DNA of 59,709 nucleotides, filler included, from Sphacelaria rigidula (lineage: Eukaryota): the NCBI GenBank assembly GCA_964200075.2. It is 7 parts of 7 records of this genome, joined end to end, with 100 filler letters (N's around TTAATTAATTAA, not from the genome) between each part and the next. Parts side by side here need not be neighbours in the genome. Positions count along the whole stretch, not along the records: positions 34,181 to 42,623 come from CAXNAA020011110.1; positions 42,724 to 51,166 come from CAXNAA020011111.1; 5 more parts are not named here. One strand, given 5' to 3'. Below the pieces are notes generated by a model. It saw nothing but the letters and a program-made list of their open reading frames with translations. It made no database searches and was not told where the DNA came from. The position numbers and the translations under genes are program-made. This document shows positions 37,495 to 49,661 of this stretch, piece after piece. Each line of letters opens with the position of its first letter. The stretch's first letter is position 1.

Positions 37495-39750
37495 GATTGG
37501 GCATAGAAGCCCGCCACCAAACAAGGCGACCGAACGTGGTTTTAGTTTTTGCGGACGACTTGGGCATCGGAGATGTGGGCTACAATAGACTGTTTGCGGT
37601 CGGAGGCGCTGTTCACACCCCAGTTCTGGACCAGATAGCCGCCCAGGGGACCAAGCTCACGCGGTTCTACACCAACGCTTTGTGCACGCCATCGCGGGCT
37701 TCTCTGTTGACTGGACGATTCGCGTCTCGGACCAACATGAAGAATCCCGATGGTGAGGCTCGTAGCAACAAGGAAAGCCGTGTATTGGAGAGGTCCGTGT
37801 ACATTCCTGTATTTCTGTCCATGCTCTAGAAAAAAAAAACGTACCCAGCTGCAAGAAAAAGATGAAGAGTCATTGATGTGTTTTGTGTGGACATCGTCTT
37901 GCCGATTCTTCGGGCATTTCCCATCTTCAAAGGCCAGCTACTGTTGTTCCGCCTGGTTGCATGTTGCCTGGTTTGTGTGAATAAGGCTTGAGTCGCTGAA
38001 CCAAGTGGGCGCCTCGATCTAGCTCTCAAGGAAGTCGTCCAGAACATCACCTGCGCTTGTGCATGCCATTGTTGATTGGTTTCACGCCATTAGTATACAC
38101 CCTGTTGGAGGCGCGAGTGATACAATACTTGTCCCGCACTAGGCTACGAATCCTCTTTGTAAACCCTTTTTCGCAGAAACGGGTGAGCTGTATACAGCAG
38201 ACGGCTAATATCAGCTGCCGGCAGGATTGCGATGAGAATGCCCGTCTCTCCTTTCTTTTCTGCTTTGCTCGAATGTGCACATTATTCCACCTAGGTTATG
38301 ACATTGCACGCTCACTAAACGAAGAAGAGCAACTGTTGCCGGAGGTTTTGAAAGACATGGGGTACCAGACCCATATGGTGGGCAAGTGGCATCTTGGTCA
38401 GCACGAGCGGAAATTCACACCTCTGGGAAGAGGGTTTGACACATACTGCGGCAACCTCGGGGGCGCTGCGGACAACTTCCATCACAACTGTGAGATTCTC
38501 TGGAACGTAAACCGGATGGTATTGTCCGAAGAAATACTGTAGACACTACCACCGTTCGGAACCTGTCTGATAAGGCACTGTCTGTTTCCAGGTCACCTGC
38601 GAGTGTTGACAATGGTTGTTATCAGGAACCAGGTTACACGGTTCATACCCTACGCAATTCATCGGGCATTTGTTCTGCCTTCTAGATTCGTAGGGCCAGC
38701 ATCGCTGCACGATCGTTTGTTCCGTTTTGGAGTAACGAGATGCGGTGTGATGTATTGTCCGCGGCCGTTCGTCGTAGTACATGTGGACACCATCTGAGCA
38801 ACACAACCGCCGATGCGTTTTGATTTATCCGTTGTGGAGGAAGGAGCAGGTCAGTGTTCAATTCTTCTCTGTCGCAGTCTGCCGAACTTTCCCCGAATTT
38901 CGCCATTTCTACTGCGCAGTCGCTCCTCCAGGACCGGTAACTGTTGGGCAATATCGCCCGCACGACCTGCATTGTGGAACAAAGGACGATTCGAATGGAC
39001 AGTTCAGCAACCGAGCCCCGCGTCTCGCCGCCACTGAGAAAAAACGTCCGGCGACTTGCGATCTACTCTCTGGCGTTAACTACAATGGACATGCATCCAC
39101 CTCCAGCCATCGCCTTGAGGTGGACCGTGCGCAGCCCCGTGCCGAGTCTACCTTCCCGGATGAGGTGAAAACGTAGCCCAGTTTTTTTTGTAACGTGGTG
39201 CTTTGTGAACGACGCAGTGTTGCAAACTTGCACGTTGTACGGCGACGCTCTGCTTTATAGTGAATTTGGTTTTCGTCATGGACGAGAAAGAGGTACAAAT
39301 GATTGTTAGGCACAGCGTTCTGCTCTGCTCGTGTTTTGTGCGGACGTGCGTATAAGTACGCAAGTGTGGCTCAGGTATTGGCTTCCTCATGTCGCCTCGC
39401 GCGTGCTTACGTTGAATGCTTAAGTTTCATGAACGAAGAGTGCGGTGAAAAACAGCTCTTCATTTGTGCTTAAAATCCCGTGATTTGACCTATGTTTTTC
39501 TCTTTAGTCCCGCTCCTAATCGCCGCGCCCACTTATTAATTACAGTGTTGTATTCTCGTGCACGTTATGGTTCAATGTTCAGGCGACGTACAGTGAATTT
39601 TACCTAGCGAACGTTTACGGACAACACAGCGTTGAGGTGATCGAGGCCCATGATCCCGGCGACGGGCCGTTATTCCTCTACACCGCATTTACCGCCGGAC
39701 ACGACCCGCTGCAGGCTCTCTCTGAAGATTTTGAGGGCTGCAGTCCCGAG
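37495..39750 (+). CDS. Formylglycine-dependent (S1) sulfatase, arylsulfatase B-like, partial; exons 37495-37752, 38295-38489, 38920-39164, 39583-39750
   Basis: PNVVLVFADDLG, CTPSRASLLTGR (CxPxR), GYQTHMVGKWHLG, RGFD, PLFLYTAFTAGHDPLQA. Introns are GT-AG with consistent phases (1, 1, 0). The third exon is less certain. Confidence 0.93.
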
Positions 39751-40596
39751 GTAATGTACGCACTGCTAGCTAGTATGTACATATTGTGGTATCAACCACC
39801 CATAGGAGCAGTCGTACAACCAGTTCATTTTTCGAACGATGAAGATGCGATGTCTCGTGCAGAGCACATTATTTCCCCGTCATGATGTATTGACTGTCGT
39901 ACCTCGTCATGTGTTCGATCAAAATGAGGGGTTCAGCATTATCGGTGCCAATTTTTGTTTTCCGCACATCACCATGGTACTATCCACCGTGCTACTCAGC
40001 CGTGGTAGCTTGTGACGGTACCATTGCAGCACCACCTACTCTTTCATTGAGCCTTCATGCGGGTATCGCCGCTCCTGGCATCATGAAAAATGCACGAGGG
40101 TCTATCGTGATTCCGGCTTTTCACGGGGTACCCCGTCGTTGTCCGTCACGCTCGTGTTCGTTCGTGCGTGGCTTCATGCTCGTGTGCGGTAAATCACCAC
40201 CCGCGAGTTTCAGCATATGCTAATCCCGAATCCATACTCTATGGTGGACCCAACATCAAAGCTCTCCCGTGGGCCTCTACTCTGCAATCGTAGTGCGTGA
40301 AACAACGCCATCATGTGCATTGGAAGCGGCGCCGTCCCACTGCAGGGTGGGGGGAGCGGGTTGTCCGAAATAACGGGGCTTACGCGGCGTTATGCGACAC
40401 ATTTGTATACGTGCGTTTTCGCGAGACAATATATCGTCGACCTATCGACAAGTCGCTGAAAATCGACATCAAGACCATTCTAAGGGACCACCTTTTACCG
40501 CCTCAAGCAACGCCTCCAAGCGCCTATTTTCGGGCATTAAATTGGTCGAAACACTTCCTCTCCTTTCCGTGGGATGGCGTAAGGCTGTGAGCATTG

Positions 40597-42061
40597 CACA
40601 CCCTGGACAACATAATGTGTAATATATATTGCGTGCTCAATATGTCGACGCGTCGGGTGGTCAATATATTTTGGGCGAGCAATATCATGACACGAGAGAG
40701 GGTCAATATGTATTGTGCCATCAATATGTCAAGGCTCGCGACATGCAATATATATTGACCGAACAATATATCACGACACGCGCCACCTCAATATATTTTG
40801 GCCGAGTAATATGTTGGTGCGAGAAAGCACCAATATATATTTGTCGAGTAATACATTGGCTGCCACACGAGGTCAATATATATTGACGATTCAATGTACT
40901 CGACACCCGAAGCGCCAATATATATTGCCGCCACGATATGTCGTTCGTCAATGCGTCCAATATATATTGGGCGGACAATACACGAGGGAACCGACGGTCA
41001 CAATACATGTTGGTGTAGCAAAATATGTTGATTTTCAACATATATCGTGGAAAGTGTATTGGAATGAGTATGATTAGCAGTTCTTCGCTCGCAGGCGCCG
41101 TTCAAAGACGTATTTTACATGCCGAAAATGCTCAATGTATTCCTCCGCAAGCGTGCTCAATATATTTTGGCTGCGCAATAGCTATCCAATAAACGTGCGC
41201 AATATATAATGGAAAAACAATACTTCTGCATGGTTTGCGTTCAATATATATTATGGTAACAATATGCTACGGATCACCTCGACTCAATATGTATTGACAC
41301 TTCGATACACGCACGGCCGGCGTGCACAATATATATTGAATGTTTTAATTCTCGGAGCAACTGCATGTCCAATATATATTGTCAAAACTTTCTTCATGAT
41401 CATGACACGAGCAATATATGTTGTTGCTTCAATGTCTCCGAGGACATTTCAACACAAGATCTATTGAGAGGACAATACTTGCGCTGGCTCCAATACAAAG
41501 TATTGGTATCATATTGGAACATATTGTATTGGCCAGGGTATAAGCAACCCAGCCCGGGTGACCACAGGGGTACCAAAAGGCGCATATCGACCCGCGTTTT
41601 CTGTCGTCATGATGTTTAGCCAATATATTTATATTACATGCTGGAAAGGTGATGGGCGACTGGTGGCCAGATAGGTATCAGGAGGCATATATACCGGGTT
41701 GCCTCTTCTGTCACCAGTTTTTCTGACCAGTATACATACACATATATATACATCAAACGCATTCGACAACTTTCCGTAGAAATGCACGCGAAGTTCTGCG
41801 GCTCCCTTTGAAGTTTTTCTCAATCTGCACGGGCTCCGGCACCCATCGCGTCTGGATCTTTCTCAAAGCGTACACCATACTTATAACATCCAATATGTTT
41901 TGACCGGCCAATACATCGACACCCACGTAGACCCAAGATATGTTGATCGGTCAATATGTTCTCACCAATGCGATCCTAATATGTATCGGCCCTGCAATAT
42001 GCTGTCGCCCGCGCTACCCCAATATATACTGATGATACAATATGTGTTCAACCCCACAGTA

Positions 42062-42103
<42 letters not shown>

Positions 42104-42225
42104 GCGCGCAATACGTGTGCAGTCCGAGTTTACCAATATATATTACGCCGGCAATGAATCGAAAAATTCCAATGTGATCGACGAATATATATATTGAAGA
42201 TATATATTGTATTGTCCAGGGTGTG
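40597..42225. mobile_element. CAC..GTG-terminal TIR element filled with a phased CAATATATATTG array
   Basis: TIRs CACACCCTGGACAA (40597) / TTGTCCAGGGTGTG (ends 42225), flanked by ATTG / ATTA. A second right-end-like sequence ATTGTATTGGCCAGGGTA lies near 41523-41540. Confidence 0.7.
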
Positions 42226-42548
42226 ATTAATATATTATGTCAAACGCATTCGACAAGTCTCCGTAGTATTGCACGCGAACTTCTGCGGCTCCCTTTGAAG
42301 CTTTTCCCAATTTGCACGGGCTCCGGCACCCATCGCGTCTGGATCTTTCTCAAAGCGTACACCATACTTACAATATCCAATATATATATATTGACCGACC
42401 AATGTATTATCACCCACGCAGACCCAATATATATTGACCGATCGACATGTTCTCATCAATGCGACCCTAATGTGTATTGGTCGTGCAATATGCTGTCGCC
42501 CACGCGGCCCCAACATATATCGGTGGGACAATATGTGTTCAACCCAAT
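41753..42548. repeat. ~300-bp direct duplication (about 41753-42060 and 42240-42548)
   Basis: TCAAACGCATTCGACAA..CTGCGGCTCCCTTTGAAG..GCACGGGCTCCGGCACCCATCGCGTCTGGATCTTTCTCAAAGCGTACACCATACTTA occurs twice. Confidence 0.9.
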
Positions 42549-42552
42549 AGTA

Positions 42553-42623
42553 GAGTTATGCTACGGTAGGGGTAGGGAAATAATTTCTGAGATTAGAATT
42601 GTTAGGAGCCCCTTATCTCATCC
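42553..42623. mobile_element. Left end of the 4801-family MITE, cut by the contig end
   Basis: GAGTTATGCTACGGTAGGGGT..TTTCTGA..TTAGAATTGTTAGGAGCCC.TTATCTCAT aligns with 4801-4869. Confidence 0.88.
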
Positions 42624-42723
42624 NNNNNNNNNNNNNNNNNNNNNNNNNNNNNNNNNNNNNNNNNNNNTTAATTAATTAANNNNNNNNNNNNNNNNNNNNN
42701 NNNNNNNNNNNNNNNNNNNNNNN
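42624..42723. other. Artificial contig spacer
   Basis: N44-TTAATTAATTAA-N44. Confidence 0.98.
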
Positions 42724-45139
42724 AATCCGGAGCGAAAACGGTCAAAATGGTGTGTTGAGCTGTTTTCGCGTTTCTGACCATTTTTCGTACCTTTCTTGTG
42801 CAAAAAACGAGAAGGTATACCTCTTCTAGGCCATTGCCCTAATAAAAACTACAAGTTGCGACACACACGGCTAGTATTGACCGTAGTGTGTTCAAGTATT
42901 GTTCGCATAGAAGATCCTGCTTTCTCCAGCACGCTGTTTTTCTCGGATCTTTAGACACAAAAATATAGTGAGAACTCATGTGATTTTCGCGAGCCAAAAG
43001 CTCCCCCTCTTTTCGCTGCTACATCAAGTCAGTCTATGTAGTATTGATCGTGAGTTCGACAGCTCATTTCACCCATTCTGCCAGCATTCCGAATCTCTCC
43101 CAGTGCTCGCGTGCTGCTACCGACGAGGAGCAAGCTCCAATACCGCCAAACTGTCGCGATTATCATCAATGCCGTACACTACTGTAACCCCAAGAAGTTG
43201 ACGCGTGCAGGGGCACCAGTCCGTCGTCACGTTTTAATTGGCTACCGAACCCACTGTGCGGGAGGTGAAACAGATATTCGAGATGGCTGCCACTGGCGAC
43301 TGGAGTCAAGCGAGACGAGAGGGGAGAGCCATCGAGACATCGTGTGTATGCCTCGACAACTTTGTTCCACACGAGATCAGATCGTTCTGTATTACGCCGC
43401 AACAATCATGGTATCTTCGGAGAACGCGGAGCAAAACCTTTGTTCTGCCTCGCGATGGTCTGCATCAGGACTGCGTAGGGTACGACACAAAACGAGTAAT
43501 CGATAAGGAGAGAGAAAGGGCGTAGAGACACGACATCATCATGGCCAAAGGCAGACAGCAACGACTTGCAGTTGTGGGAGTTGCACTCGTCGCAGTGTCC
43601 GCGCTTATCGCAGGTGAAAACTAACAATCTGTACAGTTGGAAGGCTTCGCGAATGTGGCATGTATGTGCTGGCAGCCCTTGACGGTAGAGTGCCAAACTC
43701 GACAGCAACACTCATCATTGCACGGGTGGCCACTTGGGATGGACCCAACGGGTAGGCTACATATATGTCATAACGTACCCGCGAGGTATCCAGTGGCCAC
43801 CTGTATATCAACGAAGCTCTACTGCGCAGCTGATTCCTCTCTCGAATCTTGGAGGCCTCAGCTGCACAGTAGTCCAGCTCACTGATGCGCGGGCAGTCAC
43901 CGGAACCTTAGGGGTACGTGATGGGGGTAACTCTCTGTAGCCTACCCTTGAAGTACCCAGTGGCCTCAGTAGCCATCGGTGATGGGTCAGCCCGCCCTTG
44001 TGGCTGTTTGCGGGAGACATTTTGGGTTGAGATGTTCAAGTACACTCAAGCGTTGCTCCTTCAAAACGCAAGTACAGGATAATCTGATCGGCGGACCACC
44101 ATCACAGGGTAGGACTCCCTACTTTTGTGGTACATATCCAGTTTTGCGCTAAAAGAAAAAACACATTTTGCGAACATAATCTGACCACTTCCCCCTCTAG
44201 TGCGCACTCCTGCAGCGCATAATATTAGATATGGCAACGTGGAATTGTTGACTGTGATTCGCACAACATACGAGCAAAGTTTCAGTGCCTCGCAGCGGCT
44301 ACAGCGTGCGTAGGGCTGTGCGTCATGAACTGCGCAGCTCTACAAACTGTGTTCTGATCGGTACACTACAGATGGTCATGATTCAGCGAGGGTCGCGGTA
44401 CGGACTGGTTTCAGTTTTTCCCCACATCGGCCGCCCAGCCGCGCTAAATGTCCAAGTTTGTGCATCTACGCGTGCACATATGCATTCACCTATAGTGCCC
44501 AAAGTCTGGGCAGCTGCATGGTCGATTTGAGAGTGCTGGACGGCATTCCCCACAATCGGTTGGGGCCATGTTGCACGGTGTTCCCCGGCCCAATCGCGCG
44601 GACGCTTTGAACATATGCTGCCTGTGTTTTGCCCAACTAGTGTGCAAATTTTCATGATGGAACACGCAGTCACATGCGAGAAATCCACCACCCAAGCTGC
44701 ACTGAAAAATGGTGGTTTACCGTAGGAAAGTACTCAAATGGACATGAGGTGCGGTTACGTAGTATTACGGTACGGGTACTGTCTGTAGACCGCACACTGT
44801 ACATTGCGTCAGCGTATTATACTGCACTTTTTATAGTGGTCATGACGGAGTTTTCAAACTTCAAACCCATCAGCTGCGCCTCCAGACATGCATGCAAATG
44901 ATTGTGCCGTTCTCCAGTGCGACCAAATTAATTGAGATACTTCTTTTGCAAGCGGATTGTACACTGCATACACTACACCCTGAGCGCGGTGGTACGCTGG
45001 AACACCAAGCGTGGTCGCCACCTATCGTCGAACAATGGGGCCCGCAAGGCTCCCGTACCGAGCAACACCATGTACACCACCGAACGCGGGGTATGATCGC
45101 TTTCTCAGCCTGCAACTTGAGCCGACGACCCAGCCTTAA

Positions 45140-45237
45140 CCCTTGGACCGCGAGTTTAGTCTTCTGTTGAATCGGCATCAATTTCAAGGGAAAAAAAGTA
45201 TGCATGATCCAGAAAGACTAATCTCGCCGTCTAAGGG
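45140..45237. mobile_element. Minimal piggyBac-like MITE (98 bp) with intact TTAA TSD
   Basis: TTAA|CCCTTGGACCGCGAGTTTAGTCTT..AAGACTAATCTCGCCGTCTAAGGG|TTAA. It shares internal TGAATCGGCATCA with the 28705 element. Confidence 0.85.
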
Positions 45238-46982
45238 TTAACATAGCTTTTCAGATTTGCCATGGGTTGGGCCGGAGGTCGTCCCTCTGGGGCACCTCGC
45301 TCGTGTGAACTACACCTACTTTGAGGGTGATCCAAGCTGGTAATTTATGCAATGGTTCTTGTATGCGAAAATCGGCATTTGACTTTTTTTCTTTGGCGTA
45401 ACACAGTGTTATTCCTTTTCAATGTTGTCGAAGGATTTTTTTTGCGTATAATTAATCATCCACGGAAAAAACACATCGAGACTGTCATGTTCCAAGGCGT
45501 CTAATATGGTGCGAAAAGGGCAAGCTTTTCTGGGAGATAAGGCTTCACACCAGCACGGATAACTGGCGCTACAGAGGTCGGGACGCGCGTATCTCGGGTG
45601 GATGGGCAAGAAGGTATGTTGCCGCGTACTTGGGAATAATTGGTTGTCCGATATATGTACGCGTCATGTTAAGCAGGACAAGTCCATGAAGCGATCGCCT
45701 GCTGTCGGCGTCTACTTGCTGCGTATCATCTGTTCAAGCCTTGAGCGTGGGAAGGACATATACACGGACGGTGCAGCGTGTTCCCTGCGATGCGGCGCGC
45801 TGTGCCATGCAACTCGCCATGTTACAGTAATTTATGTCCACAACGCACTCGTGATTTCCCGTGCGTATTCGCCGCGAGGTAAAGATAGCCTAAAGCGCAC
45901 ATGGGTCCCTCATGTTGCGCATGCCAGATCTGACACTCTGCACTGCACTACAATCCAATCTTAAGTGTTCGCAAATAACACCCCCTCGGAGCATATGCGG
46001 TTGTGCTCATATGACGTAGGGTTAGGTAACGCAAACCTGACACCACAATCTATAGCGCAGCCTGTGCTCTAGTGACAATGATCCTTGATTCCTGCTGCAC
46101 GCATCACGCGCGAGCGGTAGGCGCCGTGCGGCGTCCCATTTTTGGCGGTGCCCGCTACATGTGTTGAGAGGTGCTCTTCAAGGACAAGAGGATGCAGTCC
46201 TGCACTCGCACCGCGATGACCGCGGCATGAGCGAGTTGCACACGAATATACATTGTTCGATTAAGGTGTATGATTATATCGCTGTGCAGGGTGAGAACGT
46301 TTCTCTGAGCGCAGCACCAGCGTCCGTGTCACTCTGCGTGACCTCTGCAGCTGCAAGTCGGACATTTTTCAATACCATACGGTGATTAACACCCCTGTGA
46401 TAAATGTTCGAAGGATTACGGGCGGGATAGTCCCGACATATAGACATAAACGCTTCTGTCCTACGACCGAGCATCACCTTCCCAATAAGCACGCATTTCT
46501 CTGCGTATCAGTGGGCGCAATCTGTCGTGTGTGTGAAGAAAGTACCAAAAGACGAGTCCGACTGTTGGGGTTCCGGCCTACGATGCCATCAATCGTTTTC
46601 GGTTCAGCAGCCGTGACTGCGCGGGTGTGCCGCTATGGCAAGGCGGGTCGGGTTTAGAGGATATCATGCTTACCAAAATACGCCAGTCGCCTTCCGGACT
46701 TTATTCCACCATTGGGGCCTCAACACGTGTGACGGCAGGGTTACATTTCGGTGTTGATAGAACACGAGTTTGATTGGATCCATGAATGAACTTTCACGAT
46801 GGAGATTTGCATGACACCCCGCAACATGAAACGTTCGCATCCGCTCCGATTCGTGTAAGTATGGCTGTAGTTTCATCATTGAGGTCTGAACAAGTGTGAT
46901 GGCATGGAGCCATTTCGGTCCAAATAGAACTTGATTTTGATTGAATGCATGATGGAACTCCACGCTGGAGGTTTGCATGATC

Positions 46983-47290
46983 ACACGGGATTTTACAAAT
47001 TGCGAATGGATGTTTTATTGGAGATGAAAACCTGGAGAATTAAAATATTCGGATCAATGCCAAATCTTGAAATCACGATTCCATTTCTTCACTTGCTGGT
47101 AGCAGTTGACAAGTACTACACGCCGTACAAATTTGGATCTCGATAACCGAAATGTCGGGGTCTAAGATTACAAATATTGGGGGATTTGAGGTGTACGATC
47201 GAACGCCAATTTTTTTTTTTCACCTAGGACCCCGATATTTCGGTTATTGTAATCCAATTTTGTTGGGTGTGTAGTCGTTGTCAATAGCTA
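46983..47290. mobile_element. Diverged partial copy of the 29379 fold-back family
   Basis: ACACGGGATTTTACAAATTG..ATGGATGTTTTATTGG..ACCGAAATGTCGGGGTCTAAG..TTCACCTAGGACCCC. The end coordinate is approximate. Confidence 0.8.
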
Positions 47291-49405
47291 TTTCTCTACA
47301 TGCAATAAATAAAATCATCGTGGAAAGACTAGCGCCCGCACCGTATGTGTTTGCGTTATTACCACGAGTAGTATTTCCGCGCATCATGCGCTTGCCTCCC
47401 AACAGTGGTCACAGGCGTATGGTGGCATGTCGACATCATGCTCCGACACCCGCGGCAAGGGATGGCGCTGGAGTGGTACATTCACAGACTCCGATACACC
47501 TAAAAATGAAAACACACGAGCGGAAAATGAAATGAAGATGACAACCGTCGACATACACAAGGAGATGTACCCCCCCCCCACGTAACCCAGATACTAGCAC
47601 TTGAATTATTTTCCGAGAAAGTGTAGCGGAAAATAAGAAAAGAAAATCATACCTGGCGTAGCTGTAGAGCAAGGGTGTGGGGGGCGTACAAAACTCACGA
47701 AATTGCGTGGCAGGATATGGGGACTGCACCGCAAACCGTACCCGCAACCGGGTATGATGTGAAGAGCGTAACCGGTCTCCTGGTAACGGTACGGGATGCT
47801 TACAGAACTCTTACGATTATCGGATGAGGGTTTGAAAGTAATACCAAGTTATCAGAACCGTCGGGTACCAGTATGAATTTGCCGGGCACGGTAAATTATT
47901 GCTTGATAGATTTGATGGTTGCGATCGAAGTGACCCTCCAGGGATTCGGCGGTGGTCGCATGATGGACGTCCCCAAGGCACAACAAAAGTCGAAACCGAC
48001 CCTGAGAACCGCTACGAACAGCAAAAAACAAAAATCAGGACGGTATAATAGACCAAGACGTGAACAAATAGAAGCATAAACATATTAAAAGGTAGAAAAT
48101 ACCCGGGAAAATGCCTTGGGTGTACAGAAGACCGTGCCCTACAGAACACGACCGTGGAGAACCGCACGGCGACGAGACGAGACGCGCGCGCAAGTCATGG
48201 AAAATCGCCGCAGATGAGAGTATTTATAAAAATTCCCGACAGTTGTGAGCATTGGGTCTGACATAATGAATCTTCATGCTGAAAAAATGACCGGAATTGA
48301 AGACGCCGTACCACTGACGTGCGCTCTTGTTACTGGGACTGGCGCAGGTATTCACGTCGGGCAGGTCCAACGTTTTACTGATTGTCCATGGGACGAGGGG
48401 CGCCGCAGGATGGCAGGCCGTGACGGTTGACAGGAGGAAGTGCGGCCGTCATGACGGGGCCGATGAAGCTATGCTGTAGTAACGCCGGTCACTCGGTGAT
48501 TCTGCCGCACAGATCTCAACGTCAGAACCCGGCGGCGAGTTTATTTGACGGCCATGCTGAACGTGTCACGGGCCGCCCGTCAAGTGTGACGCCCGGCTAA
48601 TTGTTGGGTGGTATGGTGGTGGCGATTACCACGACAGACAAGGGCAATTTGTGTGGGAGCGCCCAGAGTTGCGGGTCGCACGGTGCGACGGCATTTGTGC
48701 GGGGGGTGGGGGCGGAATATAGGCGAGGGTTTTCATGTAGCGCAATGGCGCCGCCGTGCAGGGGCGTCGGTGGTATTGTTGGCGCGGTGCTGTACGGTAA
48801 CACTCGTCCCAGGTTGTATCCGTCATTGAGCGGTGCGATGCATTAAAGTTTTTCGGTACGCTTTCACGGCACGCAGCGCTTGGGAGATACGCGCGAGGGA
48901 CGGCGGAGCACGACAAACCTCTGTTGCGTTTTGCGACATGTGCACTCGTGCGGTGTGCACGGCTCGCTACCGCCAAGCGATCGCGTGCGCACCGACGATC
49001 CCCTCGCTTTGTTTCTCTTTGATTTTCGTTGTATTCTTACCACTTTAAATCGATTTTTTTCTTCTGTTTTGGTATCGCATCTATGTGATTTATTTTTCTT
49101 ACGATTTTTTCTATTTTATTTATTTCGTCCGATGATCGGGTTCTTCGTCCTTTACGGCGGCAAGTGTCTGAGTGATATGCTCGTTTCAGAGCGATGTCCT
49201 GGTGTCGGAACGGCCTAAAATGTAAAGACAACAACAATATCCACAACTACAACGACAAATTGGGCACACGGACCGTGCTTCACCAACAATCCACATCCTC
49301 GCGAGTACAGTATACAAACACCCATCAAAATACTGATCGCCACAAATATTGGGTCCCGAGAATTGGGGGGTCATGATAATGCGAGAGGCCCAGGTTCCCC
49401 CCGGG

Positions 49406-49661
49406 GAGCAACGACACGGTAGGGGTGCACTTTTTCCTCAATCTTGTCTGCTTCAGGGGGTCCTACCGATTGTAGGTGCACAAGAATACGGTTCCGGGCA
49501 TCCCCGCTTGTAAATTCATTCGGGATACCCCTAGCACATTGAGAAATATCCCTGGCGTACTCTCACGCATTTCATAACTCGTGTTCGGGATATGATGAAG
49601 GGCTCCTAACATTTCCAACCTCAGAAAAAAAACGTGGTGCACTCCTACCGTGGTATTACTC
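49406..49661. mobile_element. 4801-family MITE (256 bp, opposite orientation)
   Basis: GAGCAACGACACGGTAGGGGTGCAC / GTGCACTCCTACCGTGGTATTACTC with TSD CGGG (49402-49405 / 49662-49665). Internal GGGCTCCTAACA mirrors the sequence near 4848-4859. Confidence 0.88.

Noticed and set aside
15449-39750. Functional cluster of RPL13A/MED6, oxygenase and sulfatase
   Set aside because: These genes lie on different size-sorted contigs, so their adjacency is artefactual.
40620-41460. CRISPR array, or a protein with QYIL 14-aa repeats
   Set aside because: The cores are only 12 bp and degenerate, there are no cas genes, and the context is eukaryotic. The 43-bp steps shift the frame, and the palindrome gives the same peptide on both strands.
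43111-43940. Overlapping short ORFs suggesting a decayed coding region
   Set aside because: No recognisable domain or splice structure.
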